From contig NW_025215254.1 of assembly GCF_004010195.1 (NCBI RefSeq), positions 1-41,814 of the forward strand: a DNA stretch of 41,814 bases. Reading direction: 5' to 3'. Of this stretch, positions 1 to 11,109 are shown one piece after another. Position 1 is the first letter of the stretch. Every line of letters starts with the position of its first letter. The notes under the pieces are model-generated. The model did no database searches, had not been told where the DNA came from, and was given only the letters and a program-made list of their open reading frames with translations. This stretch comes from Chiloscyllium plagiosum (Eukaryota). A program made the translations under genes and the position numbers.

Positions 1-470
1 TCCTAACTGCATGCATTCATGTAGAACTCTGAGTTCAAAAACTGCATGAATTCATGTAAAACTCTGTTATCTCACTTTTTAGATTAGAATCAATCTAAAC
101 ATCATGGCATAGTCAGAGAACACAGGGGGCCAACACCTTCAACATATTGTCTAGCTGTCACCATTGTTCACAGCTAACCTGAGAATTCAAATTTTTAAAA
201 AAAGGTTTTGCGATTTACACATGAAAGATGTGAAACTATCACTGTATTCTAACAGATGAATTCAATTTTTCAATGTATTATTTCAGTTACATCACACTGT
301 AAATTTTTGCTATAAATTCTGTGTTAGGATCGAGCCCTCCACTATCACCTGATGAAGGAGCATCGCTCTGAAAGCTAGTGTGCTTCCAATTAAACCTGTT
401 GGACTATAGCCTGGTGTGGTGTGTGATTTTTAACTTTGTACACACCAGTCCAACATCGACATCTCCAAAT
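1..470 (+). mobile_element. 3' end / pseudo-LTR of a Penelope-like element (family A)
   Basis: Near-identical to 13029-13414 and reverse-complementary to 11922-12077; contains a CTGATGA...GAAA hammerhead-like core. Confidence 0.75.
341..385 (+). ncRNA. Minimal hammerhead ribozyme motif in Penelope-like terminal repeat
   Basis: CTGATGA (349-355), stem-loop GGAGC-ATC-GCTCT, GAAA (370-373), then GCTAG. Confidence 0.6.
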
Positions 471-1260
471 CAGTACTGTTCTTTGTTCTGTGTTCTATGA
501 AAGTGCTCAAGAAGACTTGTACATTAAGGAAGACTTGAGACTTGGAACAGGTCAGCCTTGATCTTAGTGAAGGGCAAGGCAGACTTTGGATGTGAAAAAT
601 CTGCCCCTGTTTCTGATGTTCTCCCATTCTGTTACTAGAAAGTTAGTGGGTGTTATTTTCCTGGAAGCTCTTTTATGGAATGTTGCAGTCATGGAGACCA
701 GAGGATTTTGTGGGCCATTGCTGGGTGAGTTTTGGGGGCTGTATTCACAATGAATCTGGGTCAACAGCATGATCAACAAATGAAGCACAAGTTATAGAGA
801 GGGGAACCTCTGCAAAGAGAGATGAGCGACCTCTTTCATATCCAGCCTGGGTCTTCCAATTACATTTCCCAAATCTCCCAGACCATGTGCGACAGTCTTG
901 AGGGATCGAATGGTCTCCTCTGTTTCTGTGCACCATGCTTAACAGTAAGTGGACTCCAACTGCTCCTGTCTAGCAGGTTTGAGGTGTTGAATGGAACACA
1001 GAAACATGGGGCTGAGGAGCAGGAGTGGGTCACTAGAGACTTTGAGCCTTCTTCACCAGGCATTAAGATTGTGGCTGATCAGGTTTGGGTCTCAGCCCCA
1101 TTTTCCTGTCTGTATCCCATTATCCATGACTCACTTCCCTGTCAAATCTTTAACTAACTCAGCTGTGAATGCTTGTAATCAGAGAGGCACCACAAACTTC
1201 TGGGGAAGGTAATTCCCTTTCGAATGGCCCTTTCAGAATTTTTCCTCATCTCTCTGTTAA

Positions 1261-1740
1261 CATAAGAGAATCATATAGCGTGGAAACACATCCATTTGTC
1301 CAAATTGTCCATGCCAATCAGGGATCTTCATCTGATCTCGTCCCACTGGCCAGCATTTGGCCCAAATCCCTCTGAACTATTCCTATTTATGTACCTATCC
1401 AGATACATTTTAAACGTGCAATTGTACCCGCTTTCACCACTTCCTCTGACAGTACACCCACCAGCCTCTGTATGAAAACGTTTCCCCTCAGGTCCCTTCT
1501 CAATCTTTGCTCTGTCACCTTTAGTAATCTGTCCACGATGGGGAACATTATTAAATGCCTTGCTGAAGTCTGTGTAAGCAATGTACCCCACAGTGTCTTC
1601 TTCAATCTTCTTTGTCACCTTTTCATAATACTCAATCATATTAATGAGACAATATTTGCATCACACAAAGCCATATTGACTATCCCTAATCACTCCTTTT
1701 TTTTCTAAATAGATGTAAATACTATCCCTCAGAATCCCCT
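1261..1740 (-). mobile_element. CR1-like LINE fragments (3' end plus RT piece)
   Basis: ORF 1328-1639 has YTDFSKAFNNVPH (RT motif DFSKAFDKVPH); typical CR1 3' UTR near 1261. Confidence 0.85.
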
Positions 1741-2016
1741 GAGTGAGTCGATAATTCCCTGTATTGTTTTGGCTTACTGCTCACTTTTCTAGCCCCACTT
1801 CTCCACTGCCCACAAAAAAATAGTTATAACTGTGTTGGTGATATGGCCAAAGATATAGTTCACAGAGTGTGTCAGGGTCAGTGTTAGGAACAAGTCAGGT
1901 AGATTTATTTAATCTGCTAAAACAACACGTCTGTGACCAAAACAAATTTGCTCAAACTATGATGGAAAGAGGAATGACGAGAAGATATTGCAAATATGTA
2001 CATTGATATTTTGAGC

Positions 2017-2092
2017 AACACACACACACACACATACACACACAGACACAAACACACACACACAAGCACGCACGCACGCACACATACACATA
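2017..2092. repeat. (CA)n/(CACG)n microsatellite
   Basis: Directly visible. Confidence 0.9.
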
Positions 2093-3589
2093 TGTATTGT
2101 CGATAACAAACTGAAAAGCAAAATATCTGCAAAGTTAACTTGAAAGAACATTGTCCAAATATGATTTGAACTCATGACCAAAGGAAAAATGAGAGTTTGA
2201 CCCAAATGCTGTTCTAATTGTAGAGTCATCAAGCCCTACAGCATAGAGAGAGGCAGAGAGGCCCTTTGGCCCAAACTCATCCATGCTGACCCAAATATCC
2301 AACCTGTCCATGTACTTGCCCAAATGCCGGTTAAATATCGTTAATATAAATGCTTGAACCACTTCCGTTGGCAGCTCATTCCCTTTGTGTACCACTCTCT
2401 GTGTAAAACAGTTTCCATCAGTTTCCCTTTTATTCTTTCCCCTCTCACCTTAAACTGATGCCCTTTCCTTCTCGATTCCCCAACTCTAGGAAAAAAAGGC
2501 TGGGTCCATTCACCCTATCCATGTAAACTTCGATAAGATCCCTCTCAGTCTGCTATGATCCAAAGAAAAAAGTCCTCGCTTGTCCAACCTCTCCCTATAA
2601 TTCATACTGTTGAGTCCTGGCAACATTTTTGTAAAATCCGTCTGCACACATTCCAAATTAAAATCATCCTTCCGATCGAAATGTTACTAAAACTGAACAC
2701 AACACTACAAGTGCAGCCTCACTAACATCCTGTATAACTGCAAGATAACTTCCCCACTGCTCTCCTCCATGTCCTGACCGATGCATGCTAGTGTGGCAAA
2801 AGCATTCTTCACTACCATGTCTAACTATGACCCTACTTTCAGAGAACGGTGGACCTAAACTCCATGGTCCTTCCGCTCAATTATACTCCTTAAGGTCCGA
2901 CCAATCACCATGAAACTCCTACCTTGATCTAACCTTTCCAAAATATTCCTCGGCCCACTTCCCCAGTTTGATCAAGGTCCTGCTGCAATTTCTGATATAC
3001 TTCCTCACTGTCCACGATACCACCAATTTTAGTGTCATTTTCAAGTTTCCTAAACATGCCTTGTACATTCGCAAGAATATCATTGATACAGAAAACAAAC
3101 AGCAATGGGCTCAGCAGCGACTCCTGAGGCACTTCATGTGTCACAGGCCTCCAGTCCGAGAGTATCCTTCCACTATAAACCTCTGCAAAATGCCATGAAG
3201 CCAATTGTGTGTCCAATTTGCCAGCTCGCTCTGGATTTCATGCGATTCTAACCTTCCAGACCAGCCAATCAATGGTAACCTTGTCAAAGGCCTTACTGAA
3301 AACCATACCGACTATGTCTACCGCCCTGCCCTAATCAACATTCCTGGTCACTTCATCAATGAACTCAAACAAATTTGAGAGGCATGATTTCCCTCTCACA
3401 AAGCCATGCAATCTTTCCAGTCTTAAAACAACTATTAATAATAATTATTAAAATTAATAATAAGAAACTAATAAATAATAATAAGGTGACATTTTCAGTG
3501 GAGAATAAATATGTGATATTGGAACATGCAACATGGGTGAAGGGCAGAATAGATTTTGTCCCTGTGTCATTGAACTGTTTTGAAAAAAG

Positions 3590-3930
3590 CAAGGTTAGCA
3601 TGGTGGTTCAGTGGCTCGTACTGCTGCCTCATAGTGCCATGGATCCAGGTTTGGTTCCAGCTTCGGGTGACTCTCTGTGTGGAGTTTACACATTCTCACT
3701 GTGTTTGTGTGTGTTTCCTTTTGTGTGTGTTTCCTCTGGGTGCTCCATTTTCCTCCTACAATCCAAAGATGTATAGGTCAGGTGAATTGGCCGTGCAAAG
3801 TTGCTCATCGTGTTTTGCGCATTAGCCAGGGGTAAATATAGGGTAGGGGAATGGGACTGGGTGGGTTACTGTTTAGACGGTCGCTGGGCCAAATGGCCTG
3901 TTTCCATACTGTAGGGAATCTGAAAAAAAA
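3590..3930 (+). mobile_element. tRNA-derived SINE (HE1/V-SINE-like), diverged copy
   Basis: Colinear with the SINE at 4449-4768: A/B-box-like head, GTGTGGAGTTT.CACATTCTC core, GGGCCAAATGGCCTGTTTCC tail, A-run. Confidence 0.85.
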
Positions 3931-4448
3931 ACTATTTCTAAACAAACCCTATGTTTCCAAATGCATGTATATCTCATCCCTCAGAGTCTTCTCAAGTAAC
4001 CTACCTACCACAGATGTTAGGTTTCCTGCTCTTTAGATCCCATATTTTTCTTTGCTTCCCTTCTTCAATAATGGCACAACATTTAATACTCTCCAATATT
4101 CTGGAAACTAACGTGTAGCTAACGATGATGCAAACATATCACCCAGGTCCCCGTAGTTTCTTCTGTAGCCTCTTGCAGTGTTCTTGGATGCATCTGTTTA
4201 GGACCAGGAAATTTATCCACCTTCATACATTCTAATGCATCCAACACGTCTTCTCCTGTGATATTGACTCACCCCAAGATAACACCACGACCTATGTTAA
4301 CCTCCCAAGTCTTCATGTATTTCTCCACGGTACAGACAGAGGAGAAATATTCATTGAGAATCTCACACATCTCCTACGGTTCTAGACATCCACTTTGGAC
4401 CTTGAGGGGCGATATTCTCATTTAGTTATTCTTTTTACTTTAATATAC

Positions 4449-4768
4449 GGGCGGCACGGTGGCACAGTGGTTAGCACTGCTGCCTCACAGCGCCAGAGAC
4501 CCGGGTTCAATTCCCGCCTCAGGCGACTGACTGTGTGGAGTTTGCACATTCTCCCCGTGTCTGCGTGGGTTTCCTCCGGGTGCTCCGGTTTCCTCCCACA
4601 GTCCAAAGATGTGCAGGTCAGGTGAATTGGCCATACTAAATTGCCGGTAGTGTTAGGTAAGGGGTAAATGTAGGGGTATGGGTGGGTTTCGCTTCGGCGG
4701 GTCGGTGTGGACTTGTTGGGCCGAAGGGCCTGTTTCCACACTGTAATCTAATCTAATCTAAAAAAAAC
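4449..4768 (+). mobile_element. tRNA-derived SINE (HE1/V-SINE-like), well preserved
   Basis: A box TGGCACAGTGG, B box GGTTCAATTCC, core GTGGAGTTTGCACATTCTCCCCGTGTCTGCGTGGGTTTCCTCCGGG, CR1-like tail, (TAATC)n end. Confidence 0.92.
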
Positions 4769-6525
4769 CTAATCTAATACTTAAACAACCTCTTTGGATT
4801 CACCCTAATCTTCTCAGCCAAGGCTATCTTGTGCCCCCTTTTCGCTCTCCTGATTTCCTCCTTCAGTAAACTCCTGTATCCCCTGTACACCTACAGGGAT
4901 TCCCTTAATCCCAGCTGCCTGGACCTGAGCCACACCGCCTTTTTGCTGGTCAAAGTCTCAATATCTCCTGATTTCCAGTGTTTTCTATTCTTGCTAACCT
5001 TGTCTTTTACCCTCACAAGAACATATAGACCTTGAATACTGTACATTTCACTTTTAAAGTCCTCCCACTTGCAGGAAGTCCCTCCTCCAACCAACCCCTA
5101 CAAGCTCCTGTCTAATTCCATCAAAATTCGCCTTTCCCCAATTTTGAACTTGAACATGTGGACCAGTTTTGTCCTTCTCCGTAACTATTTAAAAATTAAT
5201 AGAACTGTGATCACTGGTCCCAGAGTGCTCCCCCATTGTCACCTCAGTCACCTGTCCTGCCCTAGATCTTAGAGTACGTCAAGTTTCGTCCCTTCCCGAG
5301 TTGCACCCTGTACACACTGCTTGAGGAAACTATTCTGAACACACTTACTAGATACACCCCATCCCAGTCCTTAATTCTATGTCATTCCCAGTCTATGTTA
5401 GGAAAATTAAAATCTCCTACTAATGCAATTCTATTGGCCCTGCAAGTCTCCTCAGTCTGTCTACATATTTTTGTTCCCCTAATTCCTCGTTTACTATTTG
5501 GGGGCCTATAGTACAAATCAAATACTATCACCATTCCCTTCTTATTTCTTAGCTCCCCCGACAAATCCTCACTGGATGATCCATCAATTATTTTATCTCT
5601 GATCACTGCTGTGATACTCGCCTTAATCAAAAATAAAACTCCCCGTCCCCTCCTTCCGCCATCTCTGTCTCGCATAAAGCACCTGCACACTGGTACATTA
5701 AGGTGCCAATGCTGTCCCTCCCTTAGCCATGTATATGTAATGGCTATAATATCCCAGTCCAACGTACCTATCCATGCCCTGAGTTTATCGGCCTTACCTG
5801 TCAGCCATCTTGCATTGAAACAGTTGCGATTTAATCCAACAGGCATTCCTTGCTCCCTGTCGTGTTCCAGCCTGACCTGTCTCTTCACTTTACTGTTTCT
5901 GATTACTGTATCTCCTTCCAGCCTCACACCTGCCTCCTTGCTGTTGATGATCCCACCCTTCCCCAACCCCAGCCAATCTAGTTGAAATCCTCCCTTGCAG
6001 CACTAGCAAACCTGCCTGCCAGGATATTGCTCCCCTTCCAGTTCAGGTAAAACCTGTCCTTCCTGAACAGGTCACCGCTGCCCCACAACTGACCCCAGTG
6101 ATCCAAAACTCTCTGTCCCCTGCAACAATTCTTTAGCCACACATTTATCTGCCATATCCTATTGTTCTTACCCTCACTAGCACTAGAAGAAAACCGGATG
6201 TTACCACTGACCTGGTCCTGTCTTTTATCCTTTTCCCTGGCTCTCTATAATCACTCTGCAGGTCCTCATCACTATTTACACCTGTGTCATTTGTACCAAT
6301 GTGCACGATGACTTCTGGCTGCTTCCCCCACCCCGGTGAGAACGTTCTGCAGCCACTCTGAGACATTCTGAATCCTGGCATGTGAAAGACTACACACTAT
6401 CCCGGATTCCCATTTAAAGCCATAGAATCTCCTGTCTGTTCCCCTCACTGTCGAGTTTGAATAATTACTTCTGAAGTTATTCTGCTCGCACAACCTTCTG
6501 ACAATGGGATTTCTTCCTGAAACAG

Positions 6526-6601
6526 TTGGATGTAGCTGAATTGCTTTGCTCAGGCAGTGGGCAGATTTCAAAGAATCCTCATCAGGAATCCTCCATGAGT
6601 G
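6526..6601 (+). pseudogene. Unit A ectodomain exon ('SGSG' exon) of putative PAR/P2Y-like GPCR pseudogene
   Basis: Acceptor TTCTTCCTGAAACAG; ...SGSGQISKNPHQESSMS; 76 nt versus 78 nt in copy C; donor reads GG where B and C have GTAAAG. Confidence 0.55.
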
Positions 6602-6720
6602 GGAAGCAGGACTGGGCTTTTTTTTTCACTCCCACACATTACTGTGATGAGCGACAGGGAAACAGAAAAGGAGCAATAGATTGTCCCTTCACAGATAGGC
6701 TACATTTTTCCATCGTTAAG

Positions 6721-6816
6721 TTAAATCAGTTACATTGTCAGTCCCCAAACTGGACTATGTGAGCTCTCCTTGAACATTGTCCGATCTATATGACTCCATC
6801 ACATTTTCGACTCCAG
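6721..6816 (+). pseudogene. Unit A candidate Ser/Thr/Pro-rich phase 1-1 exon
   Basis: TTTTTCCATCGTTAAG acceptor, CCAG/GTTAGT donor, 96 nt; VKSVTLSVPKLDYVSSP*TLSDLYDSITFSTP with one internal stop. Confidence 0.45.
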
Positions 6817-7301
6817 GTTAGTGCATTATTGCTGTTGTTGTACACAGAATCAATTCATTAACAATAAATTGCCCTGCTTGTTTTGAAGATGTGTTAATAT
6901 GTGCCTGCATAATGTAAAAACAAGCATTTCATGTCTTCCCAATATCTGTGTTAAGATGAATATGTTTTATACTTAAACAAATACAGAAATTGCTGAAAAA
7001 GCTCAGCCTGTCTTGCAGCATGTATGAAGAGAAATCAGAGTTCAATTTTTCGGTCCAATGACCTTTCCTTTGAAACGGACTTATTCTTAAAGTATTTCCC
7101 CAGTTTAATTCTTCCACACAAGAAGAAATATCCATCCGGTATTCATCAACCACACTCTTCTCAAGATCTTATATGGTCAATAAAACAACCCTCATTCTCA
7201 GACTGAACTATTAATTTTTCATAAATCATTAATTTTTCATTCCCAAGAATGAGTAAAGGAAAAAAATCTTTGAAACGTTTCGAAAGCATTTTTCAGTTTA
7301 G

Positions 7302-7465
7302 GCAATTATAACGACACATAATACATCAGATGTGATCTCAGCCAAGCTGATGCAGAAAAACATCGCTAAGATCATATCCAACCCCCCTTGCATGAACCAG
7401 AATCATTCCATTTACCTTCCAAATCATTTGCTGCATCTTCAGAGCAATTTGATGTCATTCATGTA
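7302..7465 (+). pseudogene. Unit A candidate juxtamembrane ectodomain exon (phase 1-0)
   Basis: TTTTTCAGTTTAG acceptor, GTA/GTAAGA donor; GNYNDT*YIRCDLSQADAEKHR*DHIQPPLHEPESFHLPSKSFAASSEQFDVIHV; phases fit both neighbouring candidate exons. Confidence 0.45.
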
Positions 7466-7619
7466 GTAAGACACACAAATCTTTCTGTACCACTGAGTTC
7501 TGCATTCTCCTTGCATTTTAATAATTTTCTGCTGTTTTGTCTTTTCCTCAAATCAGAAAATTCTCATCACATATATGTTGTGCTGTTATTTTTTCTGCTG
7601 AAGTTTTGCTCAAAACTGT

Positions 7620-8110
7620 CCTCTGTCTGGATGCCATTGCTTGATGCTCTGACCTCCCACAGTCTGTGTCCCATTGCAGACTCTCTGCCCTCCCTCTGTC
7701 TGTATCCCATTGCAGACTCTATGCCCTCCCCCTGTCTGTATCCCATTGCAGACGCTCTGCCCTCCTCCTGTCTGTGTCCCATTGCAGAGGCTCTGCGCTC
7801 TAATATCCGTATCCCATTGCAAACGCTATGCTTCACCCTGTCTGTATCCTATTGCAGACGCCCTACACCCACACTGTCTGTATCCCATTGCAGACGGTCT
7901 TCCCTACACTGTCTGTATCCGATTGCAGATGCTCTGTCTGCCCTGTCTGTACGTTACTGCAGATACCTTGCCCTCCCCCGTCTGTATCCCACTGCAGATG
8001 CGCTGCCCTCCCCTGTCTGTATCCCATTGCAGGTGCTCTGCCCTTCCCCCGTCCTTCTCCCATTGCAGACGCCCTACCCTCCCCTGTCTGTATCCCATTA
8101 CAGACGATCT
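7620..8110 (+). repeat. ~35-bp minisatellite, about 13-14 units (CCCTCCCCTGTCTGTATCCCATTGCAGACGCTCTG-like)
   Basis: 13 recurrences of the CCCATTGCAGA-like core between ~7670 and ~8104, plus one degenerate upstream unit. Confidence 0.95.
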
Positions 8111-8506
8111 GTCTCCATTTGACATCTTATTGAATGACTATCCTGGTGCATGAGCAAACTGAGCTCCATCCTCTTCATCCAATTCATTGGTATGGATTGT
8201 AATTTGCTGATGACCTACCACAGGTCACTGAAGAATTCCACTAGTTACAGATTTCCAAACACAAAATGAGCAATGATCACCACTCTGTATTTCCTGACGC
8301 TACCCAGGGTGCCCCTGTTCCTGCGTAACAGCCTGGGGTGGTTATATGGTGTCCTCTGCACTGTGCAATTTACTGAAATGATTTGAATACTTCATTCTAT
8401 TCCTGTCGAACCCCATGGAGGTGCAGTATGGCCTCCCCCTGCTGTATTGTCACGATGCTGACTGGCGGAATGGGATCTTTCTCTCCCTCTGTATCAACCT
8501 CGAGAG
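8104..8506 (+). pseudogene. Decayed class A GPCR exon (TM1-TM2-ECL1-TM3), proteinase-activated receptor / P2Y-like
   Basis: With two frameshifts: TICLHLTSY*MTILV / LSSILFIQFIGMDCNLLMTYHRSLKNSTSYRFPNTK*AMITTLYFLTLPRVPLFLRNSLGWLYG / SSALCNLLK*FEYFILFLS...GIFLSLCINLER. Matches the pre-TM1 LTSxW of PAR1, TM1 GxxxN, TM2 LxxLTLP and the WxF/YGxxLC loop motif. Confidence 0.68.
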
Positions 8507-8517
8507 GTGAATTGACA

Positions 8518-9130
8518 GAACAACGTGTGAGATAGGAGCAGTAGTTGACCATTCGGCCCCTCCAGTCTGCTGCTTGATTTAGAAACATCATGGCTGGTCT
8601 GATTGTAGCTAAACACACCCTCTCCTGTCTGTTCCCAATAAACATTGACTCTCCTGTCAATCAAAGTTCAGTCAAGGTCGGCCTTGAATATTCTCAATGA
8701 CCCCAGACTTCACTGTTCCTGGTGGATAGGAATGCCACAAATCGCAAATCCAAAGGAGAAAGGAACAACGTTATCTCAAATGGAAATGGGAGATTCCTTT
8801 CATTTCATAGCATGTTAACTCACTGCAAGTCATCTCCTCTTTTCAGAAACAAGGGCACAGCAAATAGGAACAAACATAGACCATTCAGCCCCTCAAAACT
8901 ATCCCGCAGTCCCATTGACTGTTCAGTCAAGTATTTATCTAACTTAGTGTCTACTACCCTTGGGAAATTAGTCCTGACAACGTCAGTCCACAAAGTATGG
9001 AAATTGGAATTAGGCCATTTGGCCCATCAAATCTACTTTGCTGTTTGATCCTATCGGGTGTGTTTCTCAACACAAATCTCCCGCCTTCTCACTGTAACTC
9101 TTGATCGTTGTTTTAATCCAACTTTACCTT
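8518..9130 (-). mobile_element. Several old CR1-like 3' end fragments
   Basis: ATAGGAGCAG...GACCATTCGGCCCCTC-type tail signatures near 8530, 8865 and 9005. Confidence 0.6.
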
Positions 9131-9206
9131 TGACAGACATGGTTGTGTCTATGTCTCTATATGGATGATTGTGTGTGTGTGTGTGTTTCTGTTTATATCT
9201 GTTTAG

Positions 9207-9790
9207 TGGCAGGAGACAGGGTGGTCGTGGATGGTTGCTTTTTGAACTGGAAGCCGGTGAACAGCGATGATCCACAGGCAAAATTGTTGGTTCACTTTTG
9301 TTTGTCATTTATGAAAATGATTTAGATGAGAATTATAGATGGTACATTTGGCAAATTTGCGGATGACATCAAGTTTCGGTGTATACTGGACAGTGTTTGC
9401 ATAATGGATAACAATTGAAGATTGCAAAGAGATCTTCATTAATTTAATCAATAGTTCGTAGAGGTGTACAACAGGGAAAGAGAACCTACAACTCGTTCAT
9501 CCCATCCAAATATTCTAAATTAATCCAGTCCCATTTGCCAACATTTGGCCTATATCTCACTATTCATATAGCCACCCAGTTGCCTTTTAAATGCTGCAAC
9601 AGTTCCTCTGCCAACTTATTCCATAGAAGCACCATACTCTGCAGGAAAAAAAAGTTGCCCTTCATTGTCTTTCAAATCTTTCTCTTCCCACCTTAAACCT
9701 ATGCCTTCTGGTTTTAGACTCTGCTACCCTGGGGGGAAAGACCTTGACCACTCACCCTATCCATGCTCTTCATAATTTTATAAACCTCGA
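9207..9790. mobile_element. CR1-like RT fragment (+, ~9207-9450) joined to CR1 3' end (-, ~9460-9790)
   Basis: RVVVDGCFLNWKPV... and KFADDIK motifs on +; 3' UTR similar to 1290-1500 on -. Confidence 0.75.
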
Positions 9791-10759
9791 GAAATTGCAA
9801 ATGTGACTCTGATCAAGACGATTGGCTGTGCTTTCAATCATCCTGGGTCGAAATTCTCAAATTCAGTAATCCCTTCTCCATCAAGGCACGATTCCAAAAA
9901 CGTTTAATCAACTTGTTCAAACATATCATGAAATAGCTCTGTGGGAATCAAAACTAGAATTTTCGGTGCAGTGATAGGGACACGATCATTCAGCATTAGT
10001 CCCTAAAGCTGGAATATGACGCTCCTGTGTGTTTGTTCATCAGCTTGTTGTAACATACTGTGATACACCTCCACAGGACATGAATACACACCATCTTCTC
10101 CAGAGATAGGGGTCTATCAGACATTCATAGACTGGAATCGAATCCAGAGCTCCGGCTCAGAAACGTGGGCACCATCCATTAAACATGGCCTAAATCATGC
10201 CCAGGTTTCGGGTCATATTTGAAGTGTATGGATTTATTAAATTCTGGTTAACATCAGCTAATTATACAGGGGACATTTCTCATTGAAAATAAGTACAAGT
10301 TATTAGCCTCAATTATAGGATGTTGAGTACATTTGCTGTGCCAGTGAGATAAACTATGAACATCTTTAATTGCTTGGCTATGATTTCCCATTTAAATGGC
10401 TATTACCAGTAGTCTGGTATATTAGGGAACGAAATCCTGCAACACACTCTGCACTATGAAGGCTCTCGAGTAGATATCAATACTGAACACCAGAGACGTG
10501 GAAGGAGCACAATTCTGGGCCCAAAACACTGGTCACTATTTCAAATCTCTAGCATGTGGCTTCCCTCTTCCTAAAATCATTCATTGATGTAAGGCAACTG
10601 TTTCCTTGCAAGCTTCTCCTTACCGACTCCTCCCTCTGCCTTCACAAGGCAAACAAAGCTCTGGGTCTTTGGGAAACTCAAGGCTGGTGTCTGTAGGCCT
10701 TCTGGTGAGGGGAGTGTCATTTAATCCGAAGGGGGAGTGTGAGGGGGCAATAATATCAT

Positions 10760-11105
10760 TCACTGGGCTGAGGTGTGGCAGATGGGGTTTAACATGGATA
10801 CATGTGAGGCATTGCATTTTGATAAAACAAACAAGGGGAGGGCTTACACAATTAATGCTGGGTTTTGATAGTTATGTAGGAAAGAGGGACCCAGGGGCGC
10901 AGGTATAATTCTTTGTTGTTTGTGGCGCAGCATGTTTAAGGTTACTTCATTGCTCAGACCTTTGAGGTTAGAAGTTGGGAAGTCATGCTGAGATTGTGCA
11001 GGACATTGATAAAGCCTCTTCTGAAGTATTGTGTGCAGTTCTGTTATAGGAAGGAGATTATTAAGCTGGAGAGGGTTCAGAAGATATTTACCAGGATGTT
11101 ACCAG
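10760..11105 (+). mobile_element. CR1-like RT C-terminal fragment
   Basis: TGTGAGGCATTGCATTTTG (CEALHF), TATTGTGTGCAGTTCTG (YCVQF), CTGGAGAGGGTTCAGAAGATATTTACCAGGATG (LERVQKIFTRM). Confidence 0.8.
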
Positions 11106-11109
11106 TAAC

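Larger units (their letters stand above)
2222..6440 (-). mobile_element. Long decayed CR1-like LINE (ORF1 esterase, APE endonuclease, RT, 3' end) with nested SINEs
   Basis: ORF1-like PEVIVHIGTND (6145-6381); endonuclease WDIIAITYTWL...YYRPPNS...GDFNFPNIDW (5382-5966); RT WRPVTHEVPQESLLSPLLFVFCINDI...ENDTKIGG (2929-3216). Confidence 0.9.
510..8510 (+). repeat. Paralogous unit A of local duplication (5' part outside window or lost; heavily interrupted by LINE/SINE insertions)
   Basis: ~540-1200 aligns by eye with ~15310-15950 and ~35000-35620; ~1780-1860 with ~16240-16290 and ~35670-35750; 6480-6690 with 16480-16675 and 35855-36000. Confidence 0.8.

Noticed and set aside
4449..4525. tRNA gene
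   Set aside because: The A/B boxes belong to a SINE head that continues into the SINE core and tail.
7620..8110. CRISPR-like array
   Set aside because: Units are contiguous with no unique spacers, and the context is vertebrate.
7388..8153. 244-aa and 159-aa Pro/Cys-rich ORFs as genes
   Set aside because: Mostly read-through of intron and the 35-bp minisatellite; only the first 26 codons fit the candidate exon.
9207..9325. VVDGCFLNWKPV...LLVHFCLSFM as GPCR ECL2/TM5
   Set aside because: It matches the CR1 RT segment RVVVEG..S.W..V.SGVPQGSVLGPLLFVI and continues into KFADD.
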